Source: Lachnospiraceae bacterium
GTDB lineage: Bacteria > Bacteroidota > Bacteroidia > Flavobacteriales > Flavobacteriaceae
NCBI GenBank assembly: GCA_963595625.1
Contig: CAVBJB010000001.1
Location: 1-50,458 of the forward strand
Direction: 5' to 3'
Length of the DNA stretch: 50,458 nt
The position numbers were made by a program, and so were the translations under genes. Numbering within the stretch: position 1 is the stretch's first letter; the number at the start of each line of letters is the position of its first letter. The notes under the pieces are model-generated. The model searched no databases and had not been told where the DNA came from. It saw only the letters and a program-made list of their open reading frames with translations. Positions 48,248-50,458 of the stretch are shown piece after piece.

Positions 48248-49933
48248 ATGTCGACAAAAGAAAAATCATTGAATTTCATAGAACAAATCATTGAAGAGGA
48301 TTTAAAAAATGGTTTGTCACAAGATAAATTACGTTTTCGTTTTCCGCCGGAACCTAATGGGTATTTACACGTTGGGCACGCATCGTCTATTTGCTTAAAC
48401 TTTGGTTTAGGTTTGGATTATAAGGCGCCGGTTAATTTACGTTTTGATGATACAAACCCTGCTAAAGAGGAGCAAGAGTTTGTGGATGCTATTAAACGTG
48501 ATGTGGAATGGTTAGGTTTTACGTGGGACCAAGAGGTTTACGCGTCTGACTATTTTCAGGAATTATACGATTGGGCGGTTCTTTTAATTAAAAAAGGAAA
48601 AGCATATGTTGATAATTTAAGTGCTGAGGAAATTGCAAAACAAAAGGGTACACCGACGCAACCGGGGGTGAATTCGCCAAACAGAGACCGATCTGTAGAG
48701 GAGAATTTAGATTTATTTGAAAGAATGAAAAACGGTGAATTTGCTGAGGGTGAATATATTTTACGTGCTAAGATTGATATGGCATCGCCAAACATGTTAA
48801 TGCGTGATCCTATTATGTACCGTATTATTAATGCGAGCCACCACAGAACTGGAAATGACTGGAAAATTTACCCAATGTACGACTGGGCACATGGGGAATC
48901 TGATTATATTGAACAAATTTCGCACTCGTTTTGTACGTTGGAGTTTTTACCTCACCGTGAATTATATGATTGGTTTTTAGATCAGATTTTTGACGAAAAT
49001 AAAGTGAGACCAAAACAACGTGAGTTTGCTAGACGTAACTTATCGCACACGGTTGTATCTAAACGTAAATTATTACAATTAGTTAACGAAGGGCATGTTA
49101 CGGGTTGGGATGATCCACGTATGAGCACAATTTCTGGTATGCGCCGTAGAGGTTATACGCCTGCTGCTATTCGAAATTTTGCTGAAACTATTGGTATTGC
49201 TAAACGTACCAACTTAATTGACGTGAGTTTACTTGAGTTTTGTGTGCGTGAGGATTTAAATAAAATTACGGATCGTGTAATGGCTGTTTTAGACCCAGTT
49301 AAATTAGTGATTACGAATTATCCTGTAGGTCAAGAAGAGTGGTTAGAGGCAGAAAATAATCCGGAAGCTGAGGAGTTAACGTTTAGAAAGGTTCCTTTTT
49401 CTAGAGAATTATATATTGAAAGAGAAGACTTTTTAGAGGAAGCGAACAGCAAGTTCTTCCGTTTAACTTTAGGAAAAGAGGTTCGTTTAAAAAATGCTTA
49501 CATTATTAAAGGTGAAAGCGTTGTTAAGGACGAAAATGGTAACATTACTGAGATTCATGTAACGTATGATGCAGATTCTAGATCGGGTAGTGGTACTGAG
49601 GCGTCTAAACGTAAAGTAAAAGGAACGATACACTGGGTGTCTATCCCGCATGCTGTTGAGGCTGAGGTTAGAATTTACGACCGTTTATTTACGCATGAAA
49701 ATCCGGACGGAAATAAAGAAGTAGATTTTAAAGAATTTATTAATCCTGATTCTTTAAAAGTGATTACAGGTTTTGTTGAGCCTAGTTTAAAAACGGCTAA
49801 GGATGGAGATAAATTCCAGTTTCAACGTTTAGGTTATTTTGCAGTAGACAAAGATACCACTGAGGATAAACTTGTATTTAATAAAACAGTTGGTTTACGT
49901 GATACGTGGGCTAAGGTTGAAAGTAAAGAATAA
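48248..49933 (+). CDS. glnS: Glutamine--tRNA ligase
   Basis: [48 protein letters not shown]. Confidence 0.96.
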   Translation: MSTKEKSLNFIEQIIEEDLKNGLSQDKLRFRFPPEPNGYLHVGHASSICLNFGLGLDYKAPVNLRFDDTNPAKEEQEFVDAIKRDVEWLGFTWDQEVYASDYFQELYDWAVLLIKKGKAYVDNLSAEEIAKQKGTPTQPGVNSPNRDRSVEENLDLFERMKNGEFAEGEYILRAKIDMASPNMLMRDPIMYRIINASHHRTGNDWKIYPMYDWAHGESDYIEQISHSFCTLEFLPHRELYDWFLDQIFDENKVRPKQREFARRNLSHTVVSKRKLLQLVNEGHVTGWDDPRMSTISGMRRRGYTPAAIRNFAETIGIAKRTNLIDVSLLEFCVREDLNKITDRVMAVLDPVKLVITNYPVGQEEWLEAENNPEAEELTFRKVPFSRELYIEREDFLEEANSKFFRLTLGKEVRLKNAYIIKGESVVKDENGNITEIHVTYDADSRSGSGTEASKRKVKGTIHWVSIPHAVEAEVRIYDRLFTHENPDGNKEVDFKEFINPDSLKVITGFVEPSLKTAKDGDKFQFQRLGYFAVDKDTTEDKLVFNKTVGLRDTWAKVESKE

Positions 49934-49950
49934 GTATTTATTATATATTT

Positions 49951-49986
49951 AAAAAAGGGCTATGAATTACATTCATAGCCCTTTTT
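49951..49986. terminator. Bidirectional terminator
   Basis: AAAAAGGGCTATGAAT-TAC-ATTCATAGCCCTTTTT. Confidence 0.88.
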
Positions 49987-49989
49987 AAT

Positions 49990-50458
49990 TTATTCTTGTT
50001 TCGAGAAAACCATTGCTAAACGATTTCCGTCATAAAATTTTAAAGTGTTTCCAGTAATATCATATGTTAAAGACGGTTTAGTTAAATAGTCTAAAACTTT
50101 ACGTTCTGTTTCCTGCTTCTCTGTACTTAAACAAGCCATTTTTGTTGAGCCAAGTTTGGAAAAACTAATGTTATTTGTTGTTGAAGTAAATTCACCAAAA
50201 AAGTTGTTACATCCGGAGTTACCGTTCACTTTTTTAGTTACAGGATCGAATTGTATAAATGCCTTATCGTAATCCATACCAACATTTTCTAACTGTATTA
50301 GTTTCCATTTGTTTACACCAATATAACTCCAAATATCCGCTTGAGTAGGTTGTGTTAACTCAATAGTTTTTTTTGTTGCTTGGTTAGTTAAAATGTAGGT
50401 ATTACCCATTTGTGTAATTTTAAATGTTTGATCTTGGATCGCGTTCATAAATTGAGAT
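49990..50458 (-). CDS. META (HslJ-like) domain protein, probably 5'-truncated by the window end
   Basis: KWKL, GNSGCNNFFG, STKMAC; frame stays open upstream of the ATG at 50448. Confidence 0.85.
   Translation of the reverse strand, partial: SQFMNAIQDQTFKITQMGNTYILTNQATKKTIELTQPTQADIWSYIGVNKWKLIQLENVGMDYDKAFIQFDPVTKKVNGNSGCNNFFGEFTSTTNNISFSKLGSTKMACLSTEKQETERKVLDYLTKPSLTYDITGNTLKFYDGNRLAMVFSKQE

Overview
AT-rich chromosomal window from a member of the Flavobacteriaceae (gldH, a T9SS C-terminal-domain cargo, Bacteroidota TAnnTTTG promoters). It is mostly housekeeping: rpiB, rnr, a near-complete heme pathway split divergently around an AraC regulator (hemH-hemJ / hemA-C-D-E-F-B + cytochrome c), class I fumarase, RlmI-like methyltransferase, scoAB, PBP1A-gldH-ricT, M13 peptidase, a metal-uptake block (SCO, feoAB plus a small Cys-rich ORF missing from the ORF track, ZIP-MntR-TonB receptor), tRNA-Cys, folB and glnS. 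No integrase, transposase, CRISPR array or defence system was seen. The best signals are non-coding. (1) Two tandem leader-peptide attenuators (Met/Cys-containing uORF + antiterminator + terminator each) precede an OsmC-family gene lacking its first catalytic Cys. (2) A family of structured repeats (Flavo-1-like core) shows many compensatory base changes and interchangeable REP-like tip hairpins; it forms a 147-bp tandem array at the window start and an inverted pair bracketing the ZIP-MntR-TBDR module. (3) 21-bp-spaced AGCGTTA repeats lie at the hemA promoter next to a CP-motif AraC. (4) A candidate iron operator is shared by hemA/araC, fumarase and feoA. (5) An MBL-fold hydrolase is frameshifted. 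All calls are by eye, from motifs and recalled family knowledge; no searches were run.
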